From NCBI GenBank assembly GCA_050309605.1, contig JBNRMN010000067.1, positions 1-64,000 of the forward strand: a stretch of DNA of 64,000 nucleotides, read 5' to 3'. This DNA is from Anaerohalosphaeraceae bacterium. Lineage in GTDB: Bacteria; Planctomycetota; Phycisphaerae; Sedimentisphaerales; Anaerohalosphaeraceae. Below are positions 18,770 to 28,935 of the stretch, in pieces. The position numbers and the translations under genes are program-made. The notes under the pieces are model-generated. The model worked only from the letters and a program-made list of their open reading frames with translations. It did no database searches and was not told where the DNA came from. Within the stretch, counting starts at the first letter, position 1. Each line of letters begins with the position of its first letter.

Positions 18770-19213
18770 ATGATGGTAAGGATGAAAAAAATGAAACGAC
18801 GAAAACGAAAGGCGTTTACGATTATTGAGCTGGTGGCCGTGGCGATGATTATTTCGCTGCTGGCGGTCTTTGTCGTGCCGCGGGCGTTCAAGGGACTGGG
18901 CAAGGCCAAACACGACATCGCGCGCGGCAAGATGGGCATTCTTGAAGGTGCGCTGGCGCGGTTCCAATATGACTGCGGCCGTTTTCCGACTGACACCGAA
19001 GGCCTTGAAGCGCTGCTGGCGGCGCCGGCGGGGCTGGAAGACAAGTGGGCCGGCCCGTATTGTCGGCGCAGCGACCTGCTCGATCCGTGGGGCAACGAGT
19101 TTGTCTATATTGCCAACGGGGTCGTTAACCCCGGGGGGTTTGACCTGATCAGTTACGGCGCCGACGGAACCGAGGGCGGTGAAGGCGAAAACGAAGATAT
19201 CTACAATGACTAA
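18770..19213 (+). CDS. gspG: Major pseudopilin GspG
   Basis: AFTIIELVAV, FPTDTEGLEAL, WAGPY, DPWGNEF, SYGADG..GG.GEN.DI. Confidence 0.95.
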   Translation: MMVRMKKMKRRKRKAFTIIELVAVAMIISLLAVFVVPRAFKGLGKAKHDIARGKMGILEGALARFQYDCGRFPTDTEGLEALLAAPAGLEDKWAGPYCRRSDLLDPWGNEFVYIANGVVNPGGFDLISYGADGTEGGEGENEDIYND

Positions 19214-19258
19214 AGAAGTATGTAGGAATGTAGGTGTGCAGGAATGTAGGTGTGCAGG
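19214..19258 (+). repeat. Intergenic octamer tandem repeat (TGYAGGWR)
   Basis: tgtaggaa tgtaggtg tgcaggaa tgtaggtg tgcagg. Confidence 0.7.
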
Positions 19259-19261
19259 TCG

Positions 19262-19837
19262 ATGACCGCAGGAATACAGAAAAATCGTCAGCCAGCAATG
19301 GCCCCACGTCAATCCTGGGGCTTTACGCTGGTGGAATTGACCGCGGCCGCGGCGCTGCTGGCGCTGCTGACCTCGGCGGCGTTCATTACGTATAATCAGA
19401 CGTGGCGGCATTGGGCGCTGCGTCAGAACGCCGAGCGGTTTTATCTGACCGCCCGCTATGCCCGCGTCCTGGCGATTGAGAGCGGACAAGCCTGCCGGTT
19501 GGTCATCGACCCCGAAAACAAAGCGTATTACATCATCCAGGTTGACCGGCAGACGGACGACGTTACCGCGGTGTCCAATCTGTGGCATCGCCCCGGCCGA
19601 CTGGATGAATCGGTCTCGTTTGAGGGGCTGATGGTGGTCCGCAGTGAAGGACTGGGCGATTCGGGCAGCGCCATTACGTTCTATCCCGACGGCAGGGCCG
19701 ATGCGGCTACGGTGCGGCTGACCAACGGACAGCGGGCCTTTACCGTGCAGATCAGCGCCGCAACCGCACGGGCAACGCTGATCATCGGCGATGCGGAGAC
19801 CTATGAACCCGATCAAATTGATTTGGATATGATATGA
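19262..19837 (+). CDS. gspH: Minor pseudopilin GspH/FimT-like
   Basis: GFTLVEL, AR..A, ITFYPDG; follows gspG. Start is 19262 or 19298. Confidence 0.8.
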   Translation: MTAGIQKNRQPAMAPRQSWGFTLVELTAAAALLALLTSAAFITYNQTWRHWALRQNAERFYLTARYARVLAIESGQACRLVIDPENKAYYIIQVDRQTDDVTAVSNLWHRPGRLDESVSFEGLMVVRSEGLGDSGSAITFYPDGRADAATVRLTNGQRAFTVQISAATARATLIIGDAETYEPDQIDLDMI

Positions 19838-20313
19838 GTTTGTCAACGCACAGTCTGTTTCGTCATAAAGGCGTCAGCCTGCTGGAGACGGTGCTGGCCG
19901 CATCGCTGCTGGGCGGCGTGGTGATGACGATCTGCGGCCTGTCAGCCGGCAGCCTGCGATCTATTCGGCTCAATCAGGAGTACGAAAAGGCCTGGGATTA
20001 TATCGAACGGCAGTTGACGCTGATTGATTTGATCGGCGTGCAGGCGATGCAGCAGCGCGGTCAGACCGGCGGACAGTTTGAGAGCCTTGACGGACGCATC
20101 TGGCACTGGAATGTGCAGATCACAGAGACCGGCATCACCGCGCTGTACGATGTTGTGATGCGGCTCCAATGGGAAGAAAACGGCCGTGTGCGGCAGCTTG
20201 AATGCCAAACGCGAATGACCGCCCGCACCGCCACCGTGGACCAAACAGAGGCGGCTACAGAAATAACCGATACCCAATCAACAACCACACCGGCGCAGGG
20301 AGCAACCCGATGA
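19834..20313 (+). CDS. gspI: Minor pseudopilin GspI-like
   Basis: KGVSLLETVLA; gene order. Confidence 0.75.
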   Translation: MSLSTHSLFRHKGVSLLETVLAASLLGGVVMTICGLSAGSLRSIRLNQEYEKAWDYIERQLTLIDLIGVQAMQQRGQTGGQFESLDGRIWHWNVQITETGITALYDVVMRLQWEENGRVRQLECQTRMTARTATVDQTEAATEITDTQSTTTPAQGATR

Positions 20314-21026
20314 GATCGAAAGACGGCGGATTTACACTGGTGGAGTTGATGGCGGCCTCGGTCATCACGGCGTTTATCGCCATGGTGGCCGTCGGCGGCT
20401 TGATCAGCGTCACCAGCGCCCGCAGCAGCCTGGACGAAGTCACGGAAGTGATGGACGAGCTGCGGTACACCGCCGATCTGCTGCGGCAGGATTTGGCCAA
20501 TGTGCATCGCGATCGACAGGAAATGCTGTTTGAAGGACTCCTCGAAGACAGCGCCGAGATGGTCTTGCCGCGGCTCAGGTTCAGAGCCATCGGAACAGCC
20601 AAGGCGCGCCCGGCGCAGCCGGAAAGCGATGTGTACGAAATCGAGTATTTGTTCATCACCGGCCAGGACGGCAGGAATCGGTTATGTCGGCGGGTCTGCC
20701 CGATTGTCGGGGTGGAGGAGGAACGTGATCAGACCGCCGGCGGCGTTTTGACCAAACTGTCCGAGCATATCTCGTATTTCGGGGTGCGCTATTTTGACGG
20801 CGTCGAGTGGACGAGCGTATGGCCGGTTGAGCAGCAGTTGCTGCCGACGCTGATTGAGGTGTCGATGGCCTCGCGGGTCGTTGAAAAAAGCGGTAAAGAA
20901 AAAATTTACGCCAAACAGGTCATCCTGACGTTTCCCCGCCTCGGCGACCAGACGGCACTGGATGAGGAAGATGAGGCGGTTCTGGATGAAATTGAATTTA
21001 CGGATCCTGAAGCGGGACTGGAATAA
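20310..21026 (+). CDS. gspJ: Minor pseudopilin GspJ-like
   Basis: GGFTLVELM, LRQDL, RYFDGVEWTSVW, LPTLIEV. Confidence 0.8.
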   Translation: MRSKDGGFTLVELMAASVITAFIAMVAVGGLISVTSARSSLDEVTEVMDELRYTADLLRQDLANVHRDRQEMLFEGLLEDSAEMVLPRLRFRAIGTAKARPAQPESDVYEIEYLFITGQDGRNRLCRRVCPIVGVEEERDQTAGGVLTKLSEHISYFGVRYFDGVEWTSVWPVEQQLLPTLIEVSMASRVVEKSGKEKIYAKQVILTFPRLGDQTALDEEDEAVLDEIEFTDPEAGLE

Positions 21027-21028
21027 GA

Positions 21029-22366
21029 ATGCGGCCAAGAGTTTATAAAACACGTTGTGCACGACCGGCCCTGGCGCTGATTGCGGTGCTGTGGATCGCG
21101 GCGCTGATGATGGCGCTGGTCAGCGTGGCGGCCCAGACCAGTCTGCTCGACAGTCGCGTCAGTCAGATCGAGAACGAAAAGCAGCGCGCCCGGTGGGCCT
21201 GCCGGGCCGGCGTTGAAACGGCGATTGCGCTGCTGCTCGAAGACGATCCCTCGTATGATGCGCTGACCGATTTGTGGGCGACCAATCCGCTGGAACTGGA
21301 GCAGTTGGATTTCAGCGGCGTGCAGGTGGATGTTCAGGTCGTCGATACCGCCTCCAAGCTCAATGTTAACGTTGCAACCCGCGAGCAGTTGCTGGCGCTG
21401 CCGGATATGACCGAAGATACCGCCGACAGCATCCTGGACTGGATTGACAGCGACGACGAAATCCGCCCCGGCGGCGCCGAGAGCGGCTATTATCTCAATC
21501 TGGATATCGGCTACTGGGCGCGCAACGGGGCGATTCGAACCGATCGTGAATTGCTGCGCGTCAAGGGCGTTACCGAGGGGCTGTTTTACGGCGATCCCGA
21601 ACAAGAGCTGCTCTCGGCGGACAACGAGGGATGGATCCACTACCTGACGTGTTATTCGCGTGAGCAGAATGTGGACATCGACGGCAACATGCGCATCAAT
21701 ATCAATCGTGCCAGTCAGCAAAATCTGACGAACGATCTCGGTCTTTCGGAAGGCCAGGCGCGATGGATCACAGAAAATCGCTCCTTTCGGCAATTTACGG
21801 ATATGATCGACCAGGGCGCCGCCGGACAGACGGCGCAGCCCTCGGCGGGCGCACAGCCTGCGCAACAGACCCAGCCGAGTCAAAGGCAGACGGAGACGGC
21901 TCAGCCTGCGCAACAAACTCAGCCGGGGCAAAGGCAGACGGCTCAGCAGCAGGAACAGGCGCCCGCCGAGCCGCTGGATACGGCCACGGTATTGGAACTG
22001 GCCGATAAGGCCACCCTGACCAATCGCCGCACGCTGCCCGGCCGAGTCAACATCAACACCGCCGGCGAGGTGGTGCTGACGGCCTTGTTTGAGGGCAATC
22101 GGGAACTGGCATTAAATGTGATTACGGCCAGAGAAGGACTGGGCGGCGTATTTCTGAGCCTGGCCGATTTGCAGCAGGTTGAGGGAATGACGCAGGACAG
22201 TTTACAGCGCTATTTGGATCAAATGACGATTCGTTCAAGTATATATGAAATTCACGCGACGGCCGAATCGCAGGCGACGGGTCTGACCTGGCAGGTCCAG
22301 GCCATCGTCGATCGTCAGGCCGAGCAGGGACAGGTTATCTATTGGCGAGAAGGAATCAGCCGGTGA
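21029..22366 (+). CDS. gspK: Minor pseudopilin GspK-like with HhH repeats
   Basis: ALIAVLW, KLNVNVA, ILDWIDSD, GAESGYY, ELLRVKG, VNINTA. Confidence 0.85.
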   Translation: MRPRVYKTRCARPALALIAVLWIAALMMALVSVAAQTSLLDSRVSQIENEKQRARWACRAGVETAIALLLEDDPSYDALTDLWATNPLELEQLDFSGVQVDVQVVDTASKLNVNVATREQLLALPDMTEDTADSILDWIDSDDEIRPGGAESGYYLNLDIGYWARNGAIRTDRELLRVKGVTEGLFYGDPEQELLSADNEGWIHYLTCYSREQNVDIDGNMRININRASQQNLTNDLGLSEGQARWITENRSFRQFTDMIDQGAAGQTAQPSAGAQPAQQTQPSQRQTETAQPAQQTQPGQRQTAQQQEQAPAEPLDTATVLELADKATLTNRRTLPGRVNINTAGEVVLTALFEGNRELALNVITAREGLGGVFLSLADLQQVEGMTQDSLQRYLDQMTIRSSIYEIHATAESQATGLTWQVQAIVDRQAEQGQVIYWREGISR

Positions 22367-23772
22367 AGCAGACAGAACAGAACAGACAGACAGCACACCA
22401 GGCCGCCGGCCTGGTGATTTCAACCGGTGCGGGCAAAATCTGGGCGGCGATTGGTCAGCGTCGCAACGGCGGATTTGAGCGGACGCATCATGCGGTATTT
22501 GAGTTGACCGAAGGTCTGGACAACGCCCTTAAACAGTTGTTTGAGAAAGCCGACGATGTGCAAACACCGGTGGTGATCGGGCTGGACTCGGCCCAGTTGC
22601 GGTACGTGGACCTGTCGCTGCCGCCGGTTGAGGCGGCTCAATTGCCGCAATTGATCCGCACCCAGGCCGAGGCGCGGCTGCCGCTGGACGGCGACCGAAT
22701 GCAGTTGGCCTGGCGGCTGGTTTCGTCGGCGCAGGGCTATGAGTGTACCGTTGCCGCGGCTCGACTGGATTCGACGGAGGCGGCCCTTGGACGGCTCAGC
22801 CTGAACGGCCGACTGCGTGCGATGGTGCCCGATGCGGCCGGCTTTGCTCAACTCAGGTCGCGATTCTTTGCATCGACGCCGGAGACGTGTATTGTGCTTC
22901 GTCGGCGCAGCGACGGGGTTGCGCTGATGCGGCTGAGCGAGGCGACGCCCCTGCGAAGTGCAGTGGTTCACGCCGAACCGGCCGATATCGTCGAGCGGCC
23001 CGCCCTCGTCATGCAGGATATTCAGATGGAACTGGAGACGATCTCGCAGACACAGGAGCGTCAGATTCCGCTTTACATCTGGCCGGAAAACGACCCCTTT
23101 ATGCGCCGCACCGCCGAGCATCTTTCGCAGGCCGGCTGGCAGGTCGATACGCTGAAACCCGACCGTGTCGCCATGGAGCAGGCGCATCTGGACGACGAAC
23201 ATGACGACGGAGCGATGTTGGACGCATTCGGGCTGGCCATACTCGGCCTGACGGAGACGACCCCGGCGTTTGATTTTATGCAGAGCCGACAAATGGCCCG
23301 CACGGCCCAGGATACCGCGCTGCAGTATAAAAAACGACTGCGCACGATTGCGGTCATCGCGGTGCTGGCGGTGTTGTGTGCGGCAGTCGCTTACTGGAGT
23401 TTACTGCTCGAAGTACGGCAGCTCCGTCGGGAACTGGCGGTTGAGGCCGACGGCGTCAAGGCCGAAGCCATTCTTCAGCAGCAGGCCTATCAGGAGGCGG
23501 TTGTCCGGGCGCGGCTGGATATGCTCGAACTGCTCGATGCCATTCAGGACAGCCGCGATGGAATGCTGCTGGACAGCATCGAGTTCGAACAGGGCAAGCC
23601 CGTCAAGCTCGTGGCCACCGCCGGCGGATACGAGGAAGTCTATGGATTTCAAAAACGCCTGGAAGACAAAGAAGGCGTTGCTCAGGTTCGCCTGATCGAT
23701 CCGCGTCTGGATGAACGGACGCGGCAGGTGCGGTTTACACTGCAATTTCATTACAAACATTATACCAGGTAA
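22363..23772 (+). CDS. gspL: GspL/PilMN-like assembly-platform protein
   Basis: Cytoplasmic domain ending AFGLAILG, one TM, periplasmic domain; gene order. Confidence 0.6.
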   Translation: MKQTEQNRQTAHQAAGLVISTGAGKIWAAIGQRRNGGFERTHHAVFELTEGLDNALKQLFEKADDVQTPVVIGLDSAQLRYVDLSLPPVEAAQLPQLIRTQAEARLPLDGDRMQLAWRLVSSAQGYECTVAAARLDSTEAALGRLSLNGRLRAMVPDAAGFAQLRSRFFASTPETCIVLRRRSDGVALMRLSEATPLRSAVVHAEPADIVERPALVMQDIQMELETISQTQERQIPLYIWPENDPFMRRTAEHLSQAGWQVDTLKPDRVAMEQAHLDDEHDDGAMLDAFGLAILGLTETTPAFDFMQSRQMARTAQDTALQYKKRLRTIAVIAVLAVLCAAVAYWSLLLEVRQLRRELAVEADGVKAEAILQQQAYQEAVVRARLDMLELLDAIQDSRDGMLLDSIEFEQGKPVKLVATAGGYEEVYGFQKRLEDKEGVAQVRLIDPRLDERTRQVRFTLQFHYKHYTR

Positions 23773-23777
23773 AGACA

Positions 23778-24311
23778 ATGAAACCGCTGACACAACGGGA
23801 CAAACGCACATTAAAACTGACCGCCGTCGCGGCGGTGCTGATCGTGGGCTACTTTTTGGCCGCCGAGCCGGCGCTGACCTCGTATCGGGCGCTGCGCAGC
23901 GAACGCGACCAACTCAGCAAACAACTGGACCGTCTGACCGGCGTCCAGAGCGGTATCGGGGCGATACGTTTCAGGGAAATTATGGAGCGCGTGCCGGTGT
24001 TTGAGATGCCCGCAGACGCCGCGGAGCAGGGGGTGCTCTTTCGCGATGAGCTGACCCGCCAGCTCCAGCGAACCGGCATTCAGGCCCGCACGGTCCAGTT
24101 GCGCGACAACCGAGGCAAACGGCAGGATGGATACGCCTTTCTGACCGTCGATTGTCAGGGGCGTTGCAATTATGAGCAGATGCTGCGGCTGCTGGGAGAG
24201 TTGAAGCGAAATCCGTACTATGTCGGTATTGAAAAATTCGCCCTGCGCGTCGATACGCGAAACAGAAACGAGATGACCTTTCAGCTTGCCGTGTTTACGT
24301 ATGCGAAATGA
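23778..24311 (+). CDS. gspM: GspM/PilO-like protein
   Basis: LTQRDKRTL + TM + coiled coil + C-terminal domain. Confidence 0.65.
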   Translation: MKPLTQRDKRTLKLTAVAAVLIVGYFLAAEPALTSYRALRSERDQLSKQLDRLTGVQSGIGAIRFREIMERVPVFEMPADAAEQGVLFRDELTRQLQRTGIQARTVQLRDNRGKRQDGYAFLTVDCQGRCNYEQMLRLLGELKRNPYYVGIEKFALRVDTRNRNEMTFQLAVFTYAK

Positions 24312-24325
24312 GAGCGAGGTACATC

Positions 24326-24829
24326 ATGAACGCATTATATAGTATTTTGAAAATCCCGGCGACAGATCGTCTGTTGCGGTGGGGTGCGATCGGCATGTTT
24401 GTCTGGCTGACGGTCCAGGTCATTGGCGCCGGTACGCAACATCTGCAAAGTACAGGCAAGGCCGCCGCGGCGATTCGCGAATATCAGCGCCTTCGCACGC
24501 AGGCCGCCGAATCGCACGAGGGGGCGGCCTCGGACCAGCTTCGCCGGTTGCAGCGGAACAGTTTGTTTGTTGAGCGTCGAACCCGAACGCAGGTGCCTCA
24601 GACGCAGGCCATTCTCGGCGAGTCGGTTTTAATCGGCGACCGATGGTACCGCCCGGGGGATACGGTCAACGGATTTGAAATTGTTTCGGTCGGCCCTGAT
24701 TTCGTGACGCTTCTCAATGACAGCCGAGAGCGCCGACTGGTTCCGTTTGATGTGGAAGTCAATTACGGCCGGTCGGAGCGCGACAGTCGCGGACGCGGGG
24801 ACAGAACGCCCCGGCGAGGCCGACGGTGA
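24326..24829 (+). CDS. T2SS-associated bitopic protein (GspC/PilP-like), copy 1
   Basis: TM, LQRNSLF, AILGESVLIGDRWYRPGD.VNG; lies between gspM and gspD. Confidence 0.65.
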   Translation: MNALYSILKIPATDRLLRWGAIGMFVWLTVQVIGAGTQHLQSTGKAAAAIREYQRLRTQAAESHEGAASDQLRRLQRNSLFVERRTRTQVPQTQAILGESVLIGDRWYRPGDTVNGFEIVSVGPDFVTLLNDSRERRLVPFDVEVNYGRSERDSRGRGDRTPRRGRR

Positions 24830-24960
24830 TATGATGTCGGACGATTGTGAAATGAGTTTTGATGGAATTGGACAATCTGTGGGGCCTGAACGCCCGAAAC
24901 ACAATTTAATTGCCTTTCAGCCTGTCGTATTGACGCAGGCGAATGAAAGTGAGGTGCACT

Positions 24961-25692
24961 ATGAAAGCCTTGCATTATTTTTATAAGACGCCGGCAATGG
25001 ATCGCCTGCTGCGATGGGGCGCGATCGCGTTGCTGGTGTGGCTGGTGGTGCTGGTCATCGGCGCCGGTGCGCAAAGTCTGCACAACGCCGGCAAGGCCGC
25101 CGCGGCAATTCGTGAATATCAGCGTCTGAAGACTGACGCTGCCCAGCCGCGCAGAGAAGCGGACGAAACGATTCAAAAGCTTCAGCGAAATAACCTGTTT
25201 GTCGCGCCGCCGTCCCGAACACAATTGCCTCAGACGGTCGCCATTCTCGGCGACTCGGTCTTGATTGGTGATCAATGGTATCGAGAAGGCCAGGAAGTGC
25301 AGGGCTATCAGGTGACTCAGATCGGCCCGGATTCGGTGAGGGTGGTCCGCGACGGACAGGAACATCGGCTGGTTCCCTTTGATGTCGAAGTCAATTACGG
25401 CCGGGCCGCCGCAAGCGGTCCTGCCGGAGGGCGCGGACGCGACACCAGAGAGGGCGGCCAGCGGGGGCCGCGCGGCCGAGGAGGCGGACCGATGATGCCG
25501 ACCGGCGATGGACCCCAGTCGCCGCCGCAGCAGCCCCCCGAAGATTTCCGAGCCAGAATGATGGAGATGCGCGAACGGGTCGAAAGTATGACGCCCGACC
25601 AGCGTCGGGAAATGTTTGATCGATTCAGAAACGCATCCCCGGAAGAACGCGAACGAATGAGAGACGAATTTATGAGAGGCCGAGGTCAGTAA
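24961..25692 (+). CDS. T2SS-associated bitopic protein (GspC/PilP-like), copy 2 with a charged helical tail
   Basis: Paralogue of 24326-24829, plus an RG-rich linker and MTPDQRREM / ASPEERERM repeats. Confidence 0.7.
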   Translation: MKALHYFYKTPAMDRLLRWGAIALLVWLVVLVIGAGAQSLHNAGKAAAAIREYQRLKTDAAQPRREADETIQKLQRNNLFVAPPSRTQLPQTVAILGDSVLIGDQWYREGQEVQGYQVTQIGPDSVRVVRDGQEHRLVPFDVEVNYGRAAASGPAGGRGRDTREGGQRGPRGRGGGPMMPTGDGPQSPPQQPPEDFRARMMEMRERVESMTPDQRREMFDRFRNASPEERERMRDEFMRGRGQ

Positions 25693-25694
25693 TT

Positions 25695-28600
25695 ATGAAG
25701 ATTGCTACACTTAAATTGACGTTGTTGGGGCTTGCCGGACTGTGCCTTCTGGCGATATTTTTGCACGGGACGGTTGTCTCCCAAAGTGAGTCGTCAGTGG
25801 ATGCCAATGAACCGGCACAAAGCGCCGCGCCCGAAGAACAGCCGCAGCCGTCCGAGCAGCCGTCTGACCGACAGGAATCGGACGACTCAACCCAGTCGCC
25901 GACTCAGCCCACGCCGGAAGAGTCGATGCGTCCGCGGCGCGGCACCGGCGCTCGCCCGGAAGGCGGTGAGCGTCCGACGGGAGGCCGGCCTGAAGGATTT
26001 CAGCGCGGTTTTGGCACACGCGGTTTAGGCGATGGCGAACGATTCCCGCGACCCGGACCGGTTACCGCGCTCGGTATCGGCGATCCGAATACGCCGATGG
26101 AAGCGATCAATCTGAACAATGTCGAAATGCGTCAGATTATCCAGAAACTTGCCGAGTGGACCGGCAAACCCGTCATCCCCGTCAACGATGAAATTATGCA
26201 GACGCGCATCACAATCTATTCACCCTCCACGGTAACGCGGTCGGAAGCCCTGAGGCTGCTGATTATGGCGCTGCAGGCCCGAGGCGTCGTGGTGGAGCAG
26301 TTGGACAATCGCGTGATGCTGCGTCCGCTGGCATCGGTGCGCCTCGGCTCGGTACCGACGTTGGGGCCGGACGAACCGTTGGCGCGGGTGGAAGACAAGA
26401 GCCAGATCGTTGAAAAATGGTTCCTTCTGGATAATTATGACCCTGCACGTTTGGTGGAGATCATCAAACCATTGATTCCCGAATATGGGTATTCGGTTGC
26501 TGATCAGGCGACCTCGCGTGTGGGGATCATCGATACGGTGGAGAATCTGATGCGGATCGAACGGCTCATCGCGCAGTTGGATCTGCCGGAGTCCGGTCGC
26601 CAGTATGAATCGATCATTACGCTCAGATATGCTGATCCTTCAGAAGTGGTTCAGGTCCTCCAGTTGATCCTGGCCGACAGTCAGGCCGTTGCCGGGACCA
26701 CTGACTCGCGAGACCGTCGCAGACGTAATGAGCCGGAACCCGGCTCGACTGTGGTGATCCAGGGTACCGGCGATACGCCGATACGGATGATTCCGCTTGT
26801 CCGGCAACAACAGATCATTGTCCGCGCCGGTCGCGACGATTTGGCTCGCATTGAAGAATGGGCACGGCGGCTGGATATTGGAGAAGAGGAAGAAATGCGT
26901 CAGACCGTCGTGCAGGTCCGCTATGCCGATGTGCGCGAAGTGGCCCGCATGGTTCAGAACACCCTTCAGCAGATGCCCGGCACGGACTTACGCACCAATA
27001 TTGTGGTCGAGGCGCTGACGCAGACCAGTCAGATTGTGATTTACGGAAGCGAAAGCAACCGCTTCATGGTGGAACGCCTCATCGCCCAGATTGACCTGCC
27101 CAAAGAAGACTTTTTTATCGAGCAGACATTCAATCTGAAGCATGCCGATCCCGACCAGATCAAGTCCAACATCGAACAACTCTACAGCGAAACAACCCCG
27201 GCCCAGCAGCAGCTCGGGCGATTTCAGGTGGCCACAACCACCCGACGACCGGAAGATACCGTTCGGGTGATTTCCTATCCGTTGCGCAAGCAGGTTACGG
27301 TGATTGCTTCGCCGCAAAATATGGAGCGTATCGCTCGCCAGATTGAAGAGCAATGGGATAAACCCCTTGACATCACACAAGACCAGTATCGTATTGTCAG
27401 CCTGAATAATTCGGATCCGGTCAAATTGGCCGATTTACTCAAACGGCTCTTCAGTGAGGAAGCCGCCAGCGCTGCCGGCACCCAGAATCTGATGCGGATG
27501 ATCTTCGGCGGGACGACACAGGATTCGCGGCAGAAAATCGTCGGGTCGCTGTATGGTATGCTGACATTTGAACCGGTGCCCGATACCAAAAAGCTGATTA
27601 TCATCAGCCAGATTCCCGAAGCGTATGACGTGGTCGAACGGCTGATTGACAAGCTCGACGCCCGCGACGAGGCGGATGTCCCGCGGGTCATTACGCTCAA
27701 GTATGCCGATCCGGAGGCCCTCTGCGATCAGCTCAACGCCATCCTGAATGAGCCGGGCACGCCGGCCAGCATCCCGCGCAGTGCACGTGGCCTCAGCGCT
27801 TATGATACCACCCGGGCACAGGCGGTCTCCACCAGTGAAGAAGGCGCCGGCACCATTACCCCCTGGTGGACACGCCAGCGGCTGGATGCAACCCAAATGC
27901 CCACCAGCAACCTGATCGGTCGGGTGCGGTTTGTGCCCGTTCATCGCAGCAAGGCCATTCTCGTGTTGGCGCCGCCGGAGCACATGGTGGACATTTCCAA
28001 TATGATTCACGAGCTGGATCGCCCCGCCATGCAGGTCATGATCAAGGCGGTCATCCTTGAGATCAATTTGTCAGATATGACCTCGCTGGGCATTCAGTTG
28101 GCCACTGATCAGCGGGCGTTCGGATCGACGCTTGGACCCAATGCGCTGACTGCACTGAACACCCTGCTGTATCGAGGCCCGCAGCGCGGTTCGACGTTGG
28201 ATGACGGTTCGACAACGCATTTCAGCGCCGTAACCGATGCGGACATCGCCGTTCTGGTCGATCTGCTGGTCAAACATGGCAATGGCCGCGTCCTCAATCA
28301 GCCGACCCTCTGGACCAAAGACAATGAAGAAGCGGTCTTTGTCAAAGGCCAAAAGGTGGCCTTCATCACCGGCGACCAGACCGATGCGACCCGACAGGGC
28401 ATCACGCGGTCTTATGAATTTGAGGATGTCGGCGTTACCCTGCGTATTCGGCCACGCATTACACCTGAAAAAGCCGTGGATTTGACCGTTAATCTGAACA
28501 TCTCGCAGATCAGCGCTGAGGAATTGAATCAGCAGCCGGTGCGTTCCAACCTCGACTCGACAACCCATATGATCATCAATGACGGCCAGTCGGTGATGAT

Positions 28601-28895
28601 GGGCGGCATTTTGTACCAGAATGAGGATTTTATCGAGCATAAGATTCCCTTGCTGGGCGACCTGCCGCTGTTGGGCAATCTGTTTCGGCATGAGCTGAAG
28701 TCTCAGACCAACAACGAGTTACTGGTGTTTGTCACGCCGCATGTGATTGACGAGACGGTGCTCAGCGGTATCCCCGCCGATGCCGACGGCATGGAATTTC
28801 ACCGGCAATCCCGTCAGCGCCTGGATGAATCCGTGGACTCGCTGAACCGGATGTTTATGCAAAATCGCGAGTTAACGCCTTTCGAGGTTGAATAG
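25695..28895 (+). CDS. gspD: Secretin GspD
   Basis: Multiple Secretin_N repeats, LDRPAMQVMIKAVILE, DVGVTLRIRPRI, KIPLLGDLPLLGNLF. Confidence 0.93.
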   Translation: MKIATLKLTLLGLAGLCLLAIFLHGTVVSQSESSVDANEPAQSAAPEEQPQPSEQPSDRQESDDSTQSPTQPTPEESMRPRRGTGARPEGGERPTGGRPEGFQRGFGTRGLGDGERFPRPGPVTALGIGDPNTPMEAINLNNVEMRQIIQKLAEWTGKPVIPVNDEIMQTRITIYSPSTVTRSEALRLLIMALQARGVVVEQLDNRVMLRPLASVRLGSVPTLGPDEPLARVEDKSQIVEKWFLLDNYDPARLVEIIKPLIPEYGYSVADQATSRVGIIDTVENLMRIERLIAQLDLPESGRQYESIITLRYADPSEVVQVLQLILADSQAVAGTTDSRDRRRRNEPEPGSTVVIQGTGDTPIRMIPLVRQQQIIVRAGRDDLARIEEWARRLDIGEEEEMRQTVVQVRYADVREVARMVQNTLQQMPGTDLRTNIVVEALTQTSQIVIYGSESNRFMVERLIAQIDLPKEDFFIEQTFNLKHADPDQIKSNIEQLYSETTPAQQQLGRFQVATTTRRPEDTVRVISYPLRKQVTVIASPQNMERIARQIEEQWDKPLDITQDQYRIVSLNNSDPVKLADLLKRLFSEEAASAAGTQNLMRMIFGGTTQDSRQKIVGSLYGMLTFEPVPDTKKLIIISQIPEAYDVVERLIDKLDARDEADVPRVITLKYADPEALCDQLNAILNEPGTPASIPRSARGLSAYDTTRAQAVSTSEEGAGTITPWWTRQRLDATQMPTSNLIGRVRFVPVHRSKAILVLAPPEHMVDISNMIHELDRPAMQVMIKAVILEINLSDMTSLGIQLATDQRAFGSTLGPNALTALNTLLYRGPQRGSTLDDGSTTHFSAVTDADIAVLVDLLVKHGNGRVLNQPTLWTKDNEEAVFVKGQKVAFITGDQTDATRQGITRSYEFEDVGVTLRIRPRITPEKAVDLTVNLNISQISAEELNQQPVRSNLDSTTHMIINDGQSVMMGGILYQNEDFIEHKIPLLGDLPLLGNLFRHELKSQTNNELLVFVTPHVIDETVLSGIPADADGMEFHRQSRQRLDESVDSLNRMFMQNRELTPFEVE

Positions 28896-28935
28896 ATAAC
28901 GATTTGAAAAAAAATAAAAAAATTTAAAATAAGCA

